A stretch of 63,995 nt of DNA, filler included, from Sphacelaria rigidula (lineage: Eukaryota), in the NCBI GenBank assembly GCA_964200075.2. It is 3 parts of 3 records of this genome, joined end to end, with 100 filler letters (N's around TTAATTAATTAA, not from the genome) between each part and the next. Parts side by side here need not be neighbours in the genome. Positions count along the whole stretch, not along the records: positions 1 to 21,559 come from CAXNAA020000407.1; 2 more parts are not named here. One strand, given 5' to 3'. Below the pieces are notes generated by a model. The model had not been told where the DNA came from and ran no database searches. It saw nothing but the letters and a program-made list of their open reading frames with translations. This document shows positions 1 through 12,900 of the stretch, piece after piece; position 1 is the first letter of the stretch, and each line of letters starts with the position of its first letter. The position numbers were made by a program, and so were the translations under genes.

Positions 1-77
1 GTGATGCGCCCACATATCCGAAAAAGGTAGACAGGCGTCCAGAATAAATGGGACGACAACACAACACACACACACAA

Positions 78-217
78 TTGCCCCAGATTTTTTAACAGAT
101 AGGCATCTTCCCCTTGGTTAAACGATTAATACAATATGCTGATCATGGCCCAACTCGTCCGTGTCGACGAGATATCGCTTTGAGAGCTTAAATCCGTGTC
201 TACGCTGGCCCAGCTTG
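78..217 (-). mobile_element. Terminal fragment of the same TA-flanked TIR family
   Basis: Homologous to 51328-51470 (reverse) and 23855-23962; ends CTGGCCCAGCTTG|TA. Confidence 0.8.
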
Positions 218-815
218 TACGAGGTCTGGGTATCTGTACTGCGGGTACTCTCACGGTGTACAGCATCCCTAGTGATTACGTATTTCATCCTACAACAATA
301 TCTTCAGCACTAAAATAAACACTGATTGCAGCATATATATCTCAAACGCTTGTTAAGCTGTTTTCCCTGCAGATTTAGCTGATATAATGAAAACCCCGAA
401 GAATAGATTAGGGCAGAGATAACAACCGTCGGGGTTCTCGGGTATAGAACTAGAACTTGTTGGTCGTACGGGTGCAACACCCCGCAACCTGACCTTGAGT
501 CTGAGAGTGCCCTGCTGGGCGAAACCTCGCGAGAAAAATGGCGGCCTCTTTTTACATACGTGCCGCCTTTCTGTCCGCTTGCACTGCCGTTGCATTCGCG
601 AACGAACAGCACTCTCAATTGCGCCAGTGTGCATTTATCCGCGTACGGGACATTCCTCTAGCACTCACGTGAAGAACAGGCAGCAGGTATTGCTCATTCC
701 TCCGTCTGGTTCATCAGCGATTCGAGAGACCAACGACGACGAAGTGGATCAATAAGTTCATCAAAGGGTAGACGCATACGTTTGTTGGTTCAACGCAAGG
801 AAGAAGCTTTTGATC

Positions 816-908
816 ATGTTCCTGCCCGTGCTTCGTCGCAAAATGACGGCCACCGCGATGGCCACGGCGGCACCCGTACGTCGCGCGATTTCCTCGGAGA
901 CTCGAGAG
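816..908 (+). CDS. SHMT: SHMT exon 1 (presequence)
   Basis: [31 protein letters not shown] then GTGAAC donor, phase 0. Confidence 0.85.
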
Positions 909-3900
909 GTGAACTGCTTCCTGCGAACCCTGCACTGTACTGTACTGTGCACGCTGTTCCTGCGTTTTATTCGAGTCCTTGGTTTGGTGTCTTTCGTGCC
1001 ATGGATATATTTCGTTCGTTATCATGCGCACGGCACGTAGTTTCCGATAGAGCGTGTGTGCATGTCAAAGATGACAACGTTCCGCCGTTTTGACGCACGC
1101 GTTGCTAGACGGGGCTAACCTCCGGTGCTTTACCATGTACTTCCGTGCCGCTCTGCTTGTTTGCTTTATGACCGTGTGTTTCCAACCTGCAGTGGGCGAA
1201 CGCGCTGAACAAGCCGTTAGAGGAAACGGACCCCGATCTCTACGATATTATCGAACATGAAAAGGTGAAGACGATTATCCAAATCTCATGTCGGGTGTAA
1301 TGCCGTCATCTGTATGTGCCATCCCGTTGTATCGCTAACTTTGATCAAGATTTTGCATGACGCCGGAGGTTGAGAAGGGATGATCGGGCATACTATAGTA
1401 AAGGGCGTGTACCATAGACGGCTGGTAACCGAGCTAGGCAAGAAACGTGAAGGAACAAACCAAGTGATAATTTTTCATCACGCTGACTAGGGATGGGTTT
1501 TTTTTCGTAGGCGTGTTCATCGAAGCCACCGTGTGTCGATGTCCATAGTCATGGGCTGTGCCGCCTGTTTCGTTGCAAGTTCAGCGCATGCGTTTCACCA
1601 CGTACGTCGGGCGTGATAGCGGTAGAAATTACCTGACACATGTTCCGTGTATCGGCATTACCTACGAAGTGGTCGTGTCACACAGAAATATCTCCTCCTG
1701 CCACTTGGATGTGTCAGTCTAACGCACGTACGATCCAGCCCCGTTCCCGACGGACTGTTCCGTATTGTAGTCGGGCATCACGTAGATTCACCACATCATT
1801 CCTGCACACACAAAAAACCTTGTCATTACTGACCATCCCGTGCTACCCGTCCAGAGACTGTCGTGAGATGGCAGCAATGCGGCGCAATTGCGACACACAT
1901 ACTGACGAAACAGGCAGGGCGAACAGAACTCCTGCTTGTGCTGCTATGTGTAAAGTACTGTATAGTCAGCACAGCAGCGCGCGGGTCGATTTGAACTCCG
2001 TACCCCTTTTGTTACGCGCTGTACCGTCCGCGCTGTATGTATATACCCGCTCGTCACTTGTACGTCTTGTGTACAGTAGTTTTTTGCCCTCGCCCTTGAT
2101 GTACCGTACCGTAAAATCCCGCCAGCGCTTGGACGCCAAATATCACAAATCGAGCCTACACTAGACGTGTCGTGCTCGTGGATCCACCACTTGTGTAACT
2201 GAAGCTGCCTGAGTTGAAAAGTATATGTCATGGGTTGGATGCCACAACACGGCATGGTGATTTGTCTTTTGGAGCTGGCGCTCGGAAATCAGAGGGCACG
2301 CGATCAGCTGTAGCGTAAGAGCTATCGGATTTAGAGCATTGGAAGCCGATGTTTCTTCCAATATCCAACATTTTGGATCGTCCAGATAATCACGTTTGTC
2401 ATTCTCCAGATCCCGTAGCTCTGCACTGTACTCTGACGAGTTGTCTAAGAAACCAAGCACGGTAAAATAATGTTCGTACCCCGGTGGCGACTAGAAGCAA
2501 GTATCGCATAGTACGCACGACATGACTCACTAGATCCTGAATGACGCTGGAGTCCGCGGGGCATTTTCAACAGATTACTGAGTTCTCCAGGGTAATTAAA
2601 TACATCGATCGACTAGGGGAACTGTAGCGAGTACACTTTATGTATACACTTCCTGTTGTAGATGTGACCACCACCTCTCTATGAAGCCGACCCGCTCACC
2701 AATCACCCGGGCCCGTCATCCCTGACCTGTTAACCCTGAGACTGTCATCTCCCAATCCCCAGTCCGTGCTACGGTCGTGCCTCTCACTGCGGGAGCGGCA
2801 ACACCGCGCCCCCGTCTCTCAATCCATTCCTTGTCCCAAGCCGAGCATCTGCATGGCCACCAACTTCAAGTCCCTTCCCAATCCCACACCCTCCGTCCCT
2901 TGCTCCGTCTCGAAAGGGATGCGTGGTCAATGGTCAAATGACTAAGGCAAGCAACAAATGAGTACGCATTGNNNNNCCGCAAGGGGGGGGGGGGTCTAGG
3001 TAAAAAAAACAACAAAAAAAAAAAACAAAACCCCCCCCCCCCCCCCCCCCCCCCCCTACACCGAGCGAGAAGCTATAATATACACGCGCTCTGTTCTGAG
3101 CAAAATAGGCCACATCCATTGTCCACGAATGTCTCTTTCACAGATTAGCAAGAACATGGGACGTCAGAGCTTTTCCGACAAAACAATGGGACACAGGGTT
3201 TCGACGGAAGTAGATCATGAGTATAATGCAAGGTAAATGATAGATGAGCGCCCCGGGATATCCTCACCGGTAACCTGCCTTTCCTACGATCTATTTCCCA
3301 TCGGTTAGTCGCGTGCTTTAATCAACAACTTCGTCGAGAACGTCATGCATGAGCGAAGAGCATATGGTGTATGCTGAACTGCGGTATATTTGGAATATTT
3401 CGTTGAACCTGCGCCATCGAGGCGTCTTCCCATGTGGTGTCTGGCATATCGTACCGTACCCAATATTTGACCATCCAGAGCTATTCAAACTGTTCGGGGC
3501 TACACGGTAGCCGCTTTGCGTCCGTTATTGTCTTCGAGGGAAGTTGGCGCAAATGGAAGATTTGGAATAGGGGGTATTGAAACCCACGAGAATTGGTTCG
3601 GTTCACTCCTGTCGTCTGTAGATGGTGCATACCACCGTCACATGATACCGACCATCACTTTCACTTTTCTGCTACACTACGGCGGTCACACCTTCGAGTG
3701 TTGTCTAATTCGAGAGATCTCGTGGACATTTCCCGGAAAATGTGATTCTTTCTCGCCGTTCCCAGTTTTATTCATCTTGATTTACATCGCAAACGGCTGT
3801 CTCGCATTGCGGAAGAATCACATTTTCCGGGAAATGCCCACAAGATCTCTCGAATTAAACAACACTCGAAGGCTTGACCGCCGTGGTGTAGCAGAAAAGT

Positions 3901-6900
3901 GAAAGTGACGGTCGGTATTACGCGACGGTGGTGTGCACCATCATCTACACGCAAGGTACCAACATTCTCCTTAGCTCGAACTACAGTAGTGGGCGGTCTA
4001 ACTATTCATTTTGTAGCATTTTGTAATTTTTTTGTGATTGGCGATTATTTTGGGCTCTTTTCGCTTGCCAACCCCCAACACATCGGAGATATGAAGATAT
4101 TTGTACCCGCTCCATATTCCAAGAAGAAAATAGCGTCTGTACTCAGTGTTGAGTGACTTACGGGCTGACCGGTCATCGGGGGTCCTGCCACGTTTCAGCC
4201 CAGATTCTTACTCTTCAGTATTTTCGGTCGATCGAACCCGTCCCGATCACATGTGTAAAAAGATGTACAGCTTTATTTTTTTGTAATTCTGCCTACACGG
4301 TGGACTAGGGCCGAAAAACTGTGTATCACGGTCAATAACACCCTCCTGGTAAACGGGGTATTTACTCGTTCCGCCCGATAACACCAACTAACCTTTGACA
4401 TGAGCACTGTGTTTCGAAGGTGATGTGATTTTTTGTACCAACGTCTATCGACGCTAGCAATTTCCAGTTCTATCGAAAAGTAGTAAGCGAGGAAAACCAC
4501 CAGACACCCCTGAATAGTTGGACCGCCCACTACTGTAAGTTATAATGATACCTGGATAACCGTGTATCTCTCCAGTTCTGATCGCTCAGTATGAGCAATG
4601 ACCAGACGAATGGTTCATGAACAAAGTTGAGCACTTCCCCCTTTCATGGCAATAAGTGGTGGGTACAACATGAAATAAACAATTACCGTGTTCTAGTGAC
4701 GGTCCCGTTGGGAAGGGGGGGGGGCGTTTGTTGGGAAGGGGGTCGATGAAGTCATGGTTGATTTTGTGCGGGGGGCTAACGCGTTCACCAGCAAAATATG
4801 TCCGACGAAAATTGAATATACTGTATGATGGTGCTGCTTTTTTACTCGAACAGTACCAGTGCAGAGGAAGAGGAAAATATCGAGGGAAGAAAAATCTATA
4901 GCATTCTGCAGGGGTGTGTAGACACTGGAGCTGCAGCGTCCTTCCCCGTCTCCCGTGTAGGGTGCGTATCCAGCAGATAATCAAGCTGCGGACAGTCTTG
5001 CATTCAATGGGTAGTCGAGATCTTGTACGAACATGCCCCCTCGCCCGAGTGCCGTACAGTGCACCACTGCGAAGCAACAGGCAGACAACCTCGACAAAGA
5101 TGGGACTTTTGATAGTGCCTGTCGTTCATGGCCACACACCGGTGATCCAGTGTATGAACAAGAGGACCAACAAATTGTCGTGTCGACAGTGGGAGCCGTG
5201 CCTATACAGCCTGGAATCCTGGTATGCGTCCGACCCCCGTTTACCTCGCCGGGAAAAAAAAGTGTGGGTACGCATTGGACGGGTCTGAGGCCGCTCCTTA
5301 TAACCGACAAAAATAAAAACCTGGAAAAGTGCCTTTTTACAGCTTTCACGTCGTTTTACGCCCCTAAAAAGAGCTAGGCGGAACTTGACACCTTGGACTG
5401 ACTTGCTCTACCAATAGAGGCGATTCCAGGCCATCTTCCCGTTTTCCGGTGGCCGCAGTTTTTGTTTTGGCCAAACAAACAAAAAATCTCCGAGAAAAGT
5501 AAAAAACAGTCAAGTCCAGAGAAATGTGGCGATTTGTTGTAGACTTGACTGCTTTTTACCGTTCATCGAGAAAAAATCTTGTTTGACCATAATAAAAACA
5601 GCGGCCACCGGAAAACGGGAAGATGGCCCGGAACCGCCTCAACTAGTAGAGAAAGTCATTCCAAGGTGTCAAACTCCTCCTGACTCTCTTTTGGAGCGTA
5701 TAACGACGTTAAAGCTCCAAAAAGGCACTTTTCTAGATTTTTATTTCTGTCTGATATAGGGAGCGGCCTGACAAAGTTACTCGGAGAAAGGGAGGGCAAA
5801 AAATCGTTAAAAAAAACCCGACGTACGTGCCACACTTTTTTCTACAATAATTCCTAAAGTGTGCTGTACTGTAGTACAATGTGGTCACGCAGAAGCACGC
5901 TGCGTTCCCTCGGCTCTGCGCGGTGTTCAGCGAGTTTGTCGAGGAGCAATGCATGCATGTTGTGCAGAGTTGGAGGATGAGCTCGCCGCCCTAAGGCTTT
6001 GAAGCGTAGCCTCAAACACGCACCAAATGCATCTCGACCGGTGATTAGAGTGTCATTGAAGCGCGTTCCCCCTGGACGATATGCTTTCTCAGCAACCTTC
6101 AATTCAAGGATGCTTGGTGCAGAAATGGCTCCAAGGAGGCTTCGTATGTACGAATCTGCGAAGGGAAATATATCCCATCTATCCATGTATTGGAGCCTCT
6201 GACCGCGAAGCAGTATTTGTCCTTTTGAGTCCACTTGGTGGGCCACATCGGTGCACCATTCTTTGTGTATCGTAACAAATTGTGAACGATCGTTTATGCA
6301 TTACCACAGGTATCACGCACTGTGGTTAATCGGAGGATTGAGTTGCACAAACTGGTCTACGAGTGTTGACTTCGGCGTGCTGATGCATCCACCCCGTCTC
6401 TATTGACCCCCCCCCCCCCCCCCCCCCCCCCACCACACCGGCCGCGGCCGGCGCCCCCCGACTGTCCCTCCCGCGGCCGNNNNNNNNNNGGTTGCACCAA
6501 CCGGGTTACCGGTGTTTCCCTCGGGGGGCTGCTGCATCCCCCCCCTCTCTTTTGCCCCCCCCCCCCCCCCTCTTTTGACGAAATCACAGGTTCGGCAGCG
6601 CGACAGCTTGGTTCTCATAGCCTCGGAGAACTTCACCTCCAAGTCGGTTTACGATGCGCTCGGCTCTGTAATGTCCAACAAGTACAGCGAGGGATACCCG
6701 GGGGCTCGATACTACGGTGGAAATGAACAAATCGACAAGGTACGTATTTTTGTATGTGCTCTGGCTTGTGGCTAGTTTCGGTGCTACGCAAGCTGCGCTG
6801 CCCTCTGCTTTTCACACATGCAGTGAAACTTTGGGTGATCAAATTGCGTGGTATTTGCTGCAACATATATAAGGAGAAGGAGATGCACCTGTACTGTGTA

Positions 6901-9900
6901 GCACAGCCGACACGTGGAAGGTGAAAACAAAGTCTCAGCCAAGCATGATTCGAGGGGGGGGGGGGGAAAGTAAGTGGTGCGTTAGCTTAGGTTTAACTCT
7001 CTCTTTCAGGTGCAAGCAGACCTCAGGTATTTTGCTTGATTCAACCATATGTCGCCGAGCCTAAAACTGGGCACGCATGTCGGTTATGGTCTACTCTGAT
7101 CTTGTCGTTTATGCAAATATTCTTAGAGTACATGGTAGCCCTGTGTTCAGACCCGCACACGGTGAGACTCCATGTAGGAGGAGGTGCAGAGGATTTTTTG
7201 TCTTGCGGTCAAGAGATGGGAGCTGAAACCTGTATGTCTCGGTGTCTGTAGCTGCTGCGATGTTTTTCGCACATACATCATGATTGTTCCGCTACCCATG
7301 GAAAATAACATGTGCCTTTCTGCTCATGACACACACATAGGGCGAGGTAAGAGGTTGACAATATATTTGCACTAATAGCGATGTAGAGTGCGATACTAGA
7401 TCGTGTGTGTGTTTCGCGGTGTGTGTATACGGTGTATTGGGAGTCCGCATCAGGCATCTACATGGCTTACAGCGCATGTTTGTGTTACAATATTCTGCCA
7501 TATCAGCAACGTCCGCTTTCATCTCTGTATTGCTGTGCTGTCTCCATTGCAACATTCGCTGTCTGTCCGACGGCCGAAAGTGTTGCGTCACAGCTGTCGC
7601 AGCCTCTGCCTATGTGCAGCACGTAGCTCCACCACGAGCTCGTCAACGCTAGCAGCAAACGACGTCATATTATTTTCACTCTACGAGCTGGACCATCCTA
7701 GAAATGAATTTTCAGCTCCCACAGCCGTATCTCATCGACGTAAACGGACCGAGCAGTGATCTGCACAACTTATTGAGAATTGATCCTGTCGACTAGCGCA
7801 AGTCTATCTGTTGTATATCGTGGACATTTTTCTTTCTCGTTGACTGAAGACTATGTCGAAGAAATCTCATGTCGCATGGAGATATTCCCTCACTATAATC
7901 TAAACGAAACCCCGGACGACATGTACTGTGGGTGATTAACTTGGATGCGAAGATTCCCTGGAGCACGCGGAAAATATCGTATCCTGTTTTGTCCCATTTC
8001 GGAGGTTGTCCTCCCGAACCCATGAGCTGAGAAGAAAAAGTATCCTCCGAGAAAGCAGCAGGGAAATCGAGAATTTCACCGCCACCATGAACCATGGCAG
8101 CGCACAAGTTTTTTCTTCTCTCCTTCGATCTATTGGTCATTGTGCACATAGCTTCACACGATCGATTGATGAGAGTAATGAATGGACGAGCTGCTGACTT
8201 GTGATTGCGTTTCGGGCCCTGGTGTTCTCCTTGCTTTCGGTATGCACAGGTTGAGACGCTTTGCCAGACGCGAGCGTTGGAAGCGTTCGACCTCGACCCC
8301 AAGGAATGGGGGGTCAACGTTCAGAGCCTGTCCGGCAGCCCAGCCAACTTCCAGGTAAGGCGGTGTGCTTGTGCGCGGGTGCGCTTGCGTTTCCGACGAC
8401 AAAAATGACAGTCAACATACAAGATGAAAAACTTCATGTGTGGAGGGCACGTTCTTGTAATTCCGCATTTCCGATCTCCTGAATATCATCCGCGAGAGGT
8501 CATCCCTCATGACCAACAGCTTACTGGTCGACTCAAATCATTATCTGAAGGAGTAGCAACGTTTTCGCAGCATGTGCACAGACGAACTTGGAAAATACGA
8601 CCAGACCCCAGACAGCACCCGCGGTCGCCGAGCCTCGGGTGGGAGAAGAGTGTTGTCGTGTACATACGTGTATCACCCAAGACAACACGGCTTCTACTCG
8701 ATTTTTCCCTGCAGTGATGTGTCTCGTGATGGTCATTGTTTTCTGCGGCCATAAGTCGCTTCTAGAGCACGACCAGACGCACGGCAAAGGCAACCGTTCT
8801 GCGAGGACCGTCGGTTCAGCTTTCACGGCGCATCCAGCAGAGTGCCGGTCGTGTGTGCCCCTGTTTGCGACGCATGTTTTTATGGCACAACCCGTGCACA
8901 GATCTATAAGGTGGAGCTGAGCACATGCGTAGCAGCGTTGTGTGCCCATGGCTATACTCATCGAGGATCAGTCCCTGTGCGGCCGTTGATCAATCGATCA
9001 ACCAACCAATATCGAATATGTGTTGGTCCTGTTGTTGCCCCCCTCGACTTCGTTGCTTCGAGCTGTTTCGTTTTATTTCAGGCTCCCTTGCATCTCTCCG
9101 CATCCGGGGTGTGTGTGTGTGTGTGACGCGTTTTTTCACCGCTTTTTTTGGTGAAATCAGGCGTATACGGCGTTGCTGCAACCGCACGATCGTATCATGT
9201 CCCTCGACCTGCCGCACGGCGGGCACTTGTCGCACGGCTACCAGACGGACACCAAAAAGATTTCCATGGTGAGAATAAGTGTGTACAGTGTGTGTGCAAA
9301 TGTGTGGAAGTCTTGGAGAAGAGTACAGTCCCTTCGTCTTTGTTCACTTGACGCCGTGACCCACGACACCGTTCCGGTTAGCTTCCCCTGATCGCGCGAG
9401 AGCTACGAGTTTCGCCTGAAAGTAGAGACACATACAAGTATATGCAGTAAGTGCATACTTGGGTGGACATGTAACCCTGATGATGTCTGTGGTGTGGTGA
9501 AGTTTTATCTTTATTATTCTGTTAATGTTGATTATTCATTTGTTGCACTGTGAAACCTTCCCTTTTTTCTGAAAGAGTCTATGGTTTCAAGCGGTGCAAC
9601 CCATTTCCCGCCGCTACCCGTCCCTTCGGACGAATCCAGGGTCCAAATGGATAAGCATATGGCCCCTCATTACCCGCTTGCACATCGGACTCGCGGTTTG
9701 GGGCAGCACTCTCACACCGCGTCAACTCTCGCCAATCAACTTCATCCGACCAGCTTTTGTTTACTCGCGTACTCAATGAAGCATCAACACTTTCGACGGT
9801 AGAAATGAGATACTTGGAAGAAAAAACCAACCGCATCGGGAATCGAACTCACGTCCCCGTCACACCAGATGCGACAGCCGAACCATTACGCCACCAGGGG

Positions 9901-12900
9901 CGGGAGCCGTATCTTCGTCTCACTATCTCCGGTACATCCCTGTCCTCGTCCATGTTTCCACCTCGTGTGCGCGCGCCCGCGCCGCTTGTTTGGGTGTCGT
10001 ACCCCGTTTTTTTCTCCTTGTTATTTCCACGTTCGCCCCCCGTGTGTACTACAGGTTAGCCTGTTCTTCGAGACTTTCCCATACCGACTCAATGAGGCTA
10101 CAGGGCAGATCGACTACGATAAGATGGAGGAAAACGCGGCACTTTTCCGTCCCAAGGTCAGTTTGAGCAACGCGTATGTAGGTGAATGCACCTGAACATA
10201 CTCCATCTGTGTACTTGGTACAAATGCCAAAAATAGTCCTCGAACGCTCGCATTGTGGAGTGTGATGATCGTGAACGGTGTGCTGGTGTACTGTGCGCGA
10301 CAAATGCCCGGCCCTGGTGCTCGTTCGACAAGGTTTCTATAATAGTGTTCCGTTGAAGTCTCTTCTATGGTGTCAACGATACATCACTCGCTTAGGCCGC
10401 TCCTGATAATAGACAATAATAAAATTCTGGAGAAGTGCCTTTTTAAACCTTGAACGTCATCTTACTTCTAAAAAAAAGCTGGCCGGAGTTTGACACCTCG
10501 GAATAACTTGCTATACTAGCTAAGGCGGTCCCAGGACATCTCCCCATTTCTCTCCCAGCTTTTATTTTGACCAAACCAGAATTTTTGTCCAAGAACGGAA
10601 AAAAAAACAGTCGGGTCAAGAGAAAAGTGACGATTTCTTCTAGAGTTGACTGTTTTTTACCGTTCTCGGACAAAAAATCTTGTTCGGCCAAAATGAAAAC
10701 TGCGGCCACGGGAAAACGGTAAGATGTCCTGGAGCCGCCTCAACTGGTAAAGCAAGTCATTCAAGGTGTCAAACTCCGCCTAGCTCTCTTGTGGGGCGTG
10801 AAACGACGTTAAAACTCCGAAGAGGCACTTTTTCAGCTTTTCATTCCTGTCAGTTATAGGGAGCGGCCTTACGGTCTGTATTTGTTGTCTTGTTCGATTT
10901 TTGAGTGATTTTCCTTGTTTTGTCCGTCGAGTTTTGGCTCCTTGAGCTCTTGGAGCGAACGATGATACAAAAGGTCTGCTGACGAAAAGGTCACTTCATG
11001 ACTTGAACCTTCGGGTATACGGCGACCGAAGTTCGTTTTGCTTCTCGACGTAGTCGCTCCTTGTGTCCAAAATCCATCCCTACCATGATGCCGTCCGTGT
11101 CCCCCCTTCCCCCCACCTGCTCCTTCTCGGAAGGGATACGGGACCATTGGTCAAATGACCATCATAAGGCAAGCAATAAGCGAGGTCGCCCGCCCACCAC
11201 CACCCTTCTCCCCTGGTTGATGGAGATTTGTGTGTTGCTACTAGTCACCCAGATGGTTGAAATTGTTGGACAGCGTAGCTTACTGCAATGGTTCTCGTGT
11301 AATGTTTCATGCCATAACTATACTTTCACTGTATTTGTCCGCAGCGATGTCTATACAGTGATCTCTAATATGTACTTTACATTGGAGGCCCTTGGTCCCT
11401 GCAACGGTGTCTGTGGTCTGCGGATTGGAGCGGGCGAGGTCATCGTGCCGTCGTTTTCTTCGAGCCGCACCACTAATTACCACGGCTGAGCCATCCGATT
11501 GACACTACGTTGGGCCGTACTTCTCACTGGATATGTCCCTCACATTTCCCTCTCGTGAGTACCGAAAAACACCACACGCATCGATCAAATGTCTAGATAC
11601 CCCACATTTGAAACCCCAGCCATTTTCTCAGCCGAAGAGTATATAGGGTGTTTTGTAGGTCGTGGGTGGGTGATGAATGTAATTTCTCGGAGTTGGCGTG
11701 AAGTTTTATTGGGGCGAAGGTTTGTTGTTGGAAGTCGCGTTGCAGGTCTGTGTAATTTCACTCTGGCGCAAGTACTACTGTACAACATGTCACACACTGT
11801 TCAGTTACCCTGCTGTACTGTGTCGTTCTGTTCGATTTTTTTGTCCCTTGTTTTTCTCTAGCGAGTATTTCAGTTATGTGTTGTCTTGAGCACGTCTATC
11901 ACGTGACCACCGTTAGATCCCTGGGGGGGCAGTTCAAGTGCGACAGTCAAACGATCAACTATTCAAGAAAGGGTCGCCAAAAGTCCCCCCCCCCCACTCC
12001 CCCCCCGCATGCGCGCATGAACGCGTGAACAGCTGATTGTGGCCGGCGCGAGCGCATACTCTCGGAACTTGGACTACGCCCGCATGCGCAAAATCGCCGA
12101 TAAATCGGGAGCGTGGTTGCTCTCCGACATGGCGCACATCAGCGGCCTGGTTTCGGCGGGAGTTGTGCCCTCGCCGTTCAAGGACTCAGATATCGTCACC
12201 ACGACTACCCACAAAAGTCTGCGCGGCCCGCGAGGCGCCATGATCTTCTACCGGAAGGTGCGGTGCTTTCGGATGTCTCATAAGTGGTACGTGGTGTAGA
12301 TGATTTTTCAACCATTCGGGTGCCACAGGCTGATTGTTCTGATAATTCCTCCTTTTGATCATTAGTGCCACTTCCGGGCGATGACCGAAACATGGCGCAC
12401 GTAGGTGTCTGTGTGTGGATAGATTACGTTGTCAAAACAGTGTGCGGCGTACAGTATCGACTGTTGTGTCTATTGCAATACAGCAGTCAGCGTCGGAAGT
12501 ATGCGAAATCCGTAATTTCTTAGTTTCTCTAAGATAGTCCATGTTGTTCTGCTTGCCACCACTCATCACAGTGACAGTTGGATGCCAAAAAAAAGGAGCA
12601 TCCGGAGATATTTTATACCTCTTGAAAAATATTGAGAAAATAATTATCTGCGATCAATAATGAGTGATTTACGGGCTTGACCGTTCTTCGGGGGTCCTGC
12701 GGGAATACGATCCCAGGCTCTAGCTTTTCGGTATTTTCGGTGGACCGACTCGACCCGGATCATTTAAGTGAAGACTCAAGAAGGATTGCGTTTTTGTTAA
12801 TTCCACCTGGTCACTGCGCTACAGCAGGAAAACTATGTTTCTTGGACCATGTACGGTCAATAACAGCCTCCTGATAAACGGGGTCTTCACTCGGTATTGC

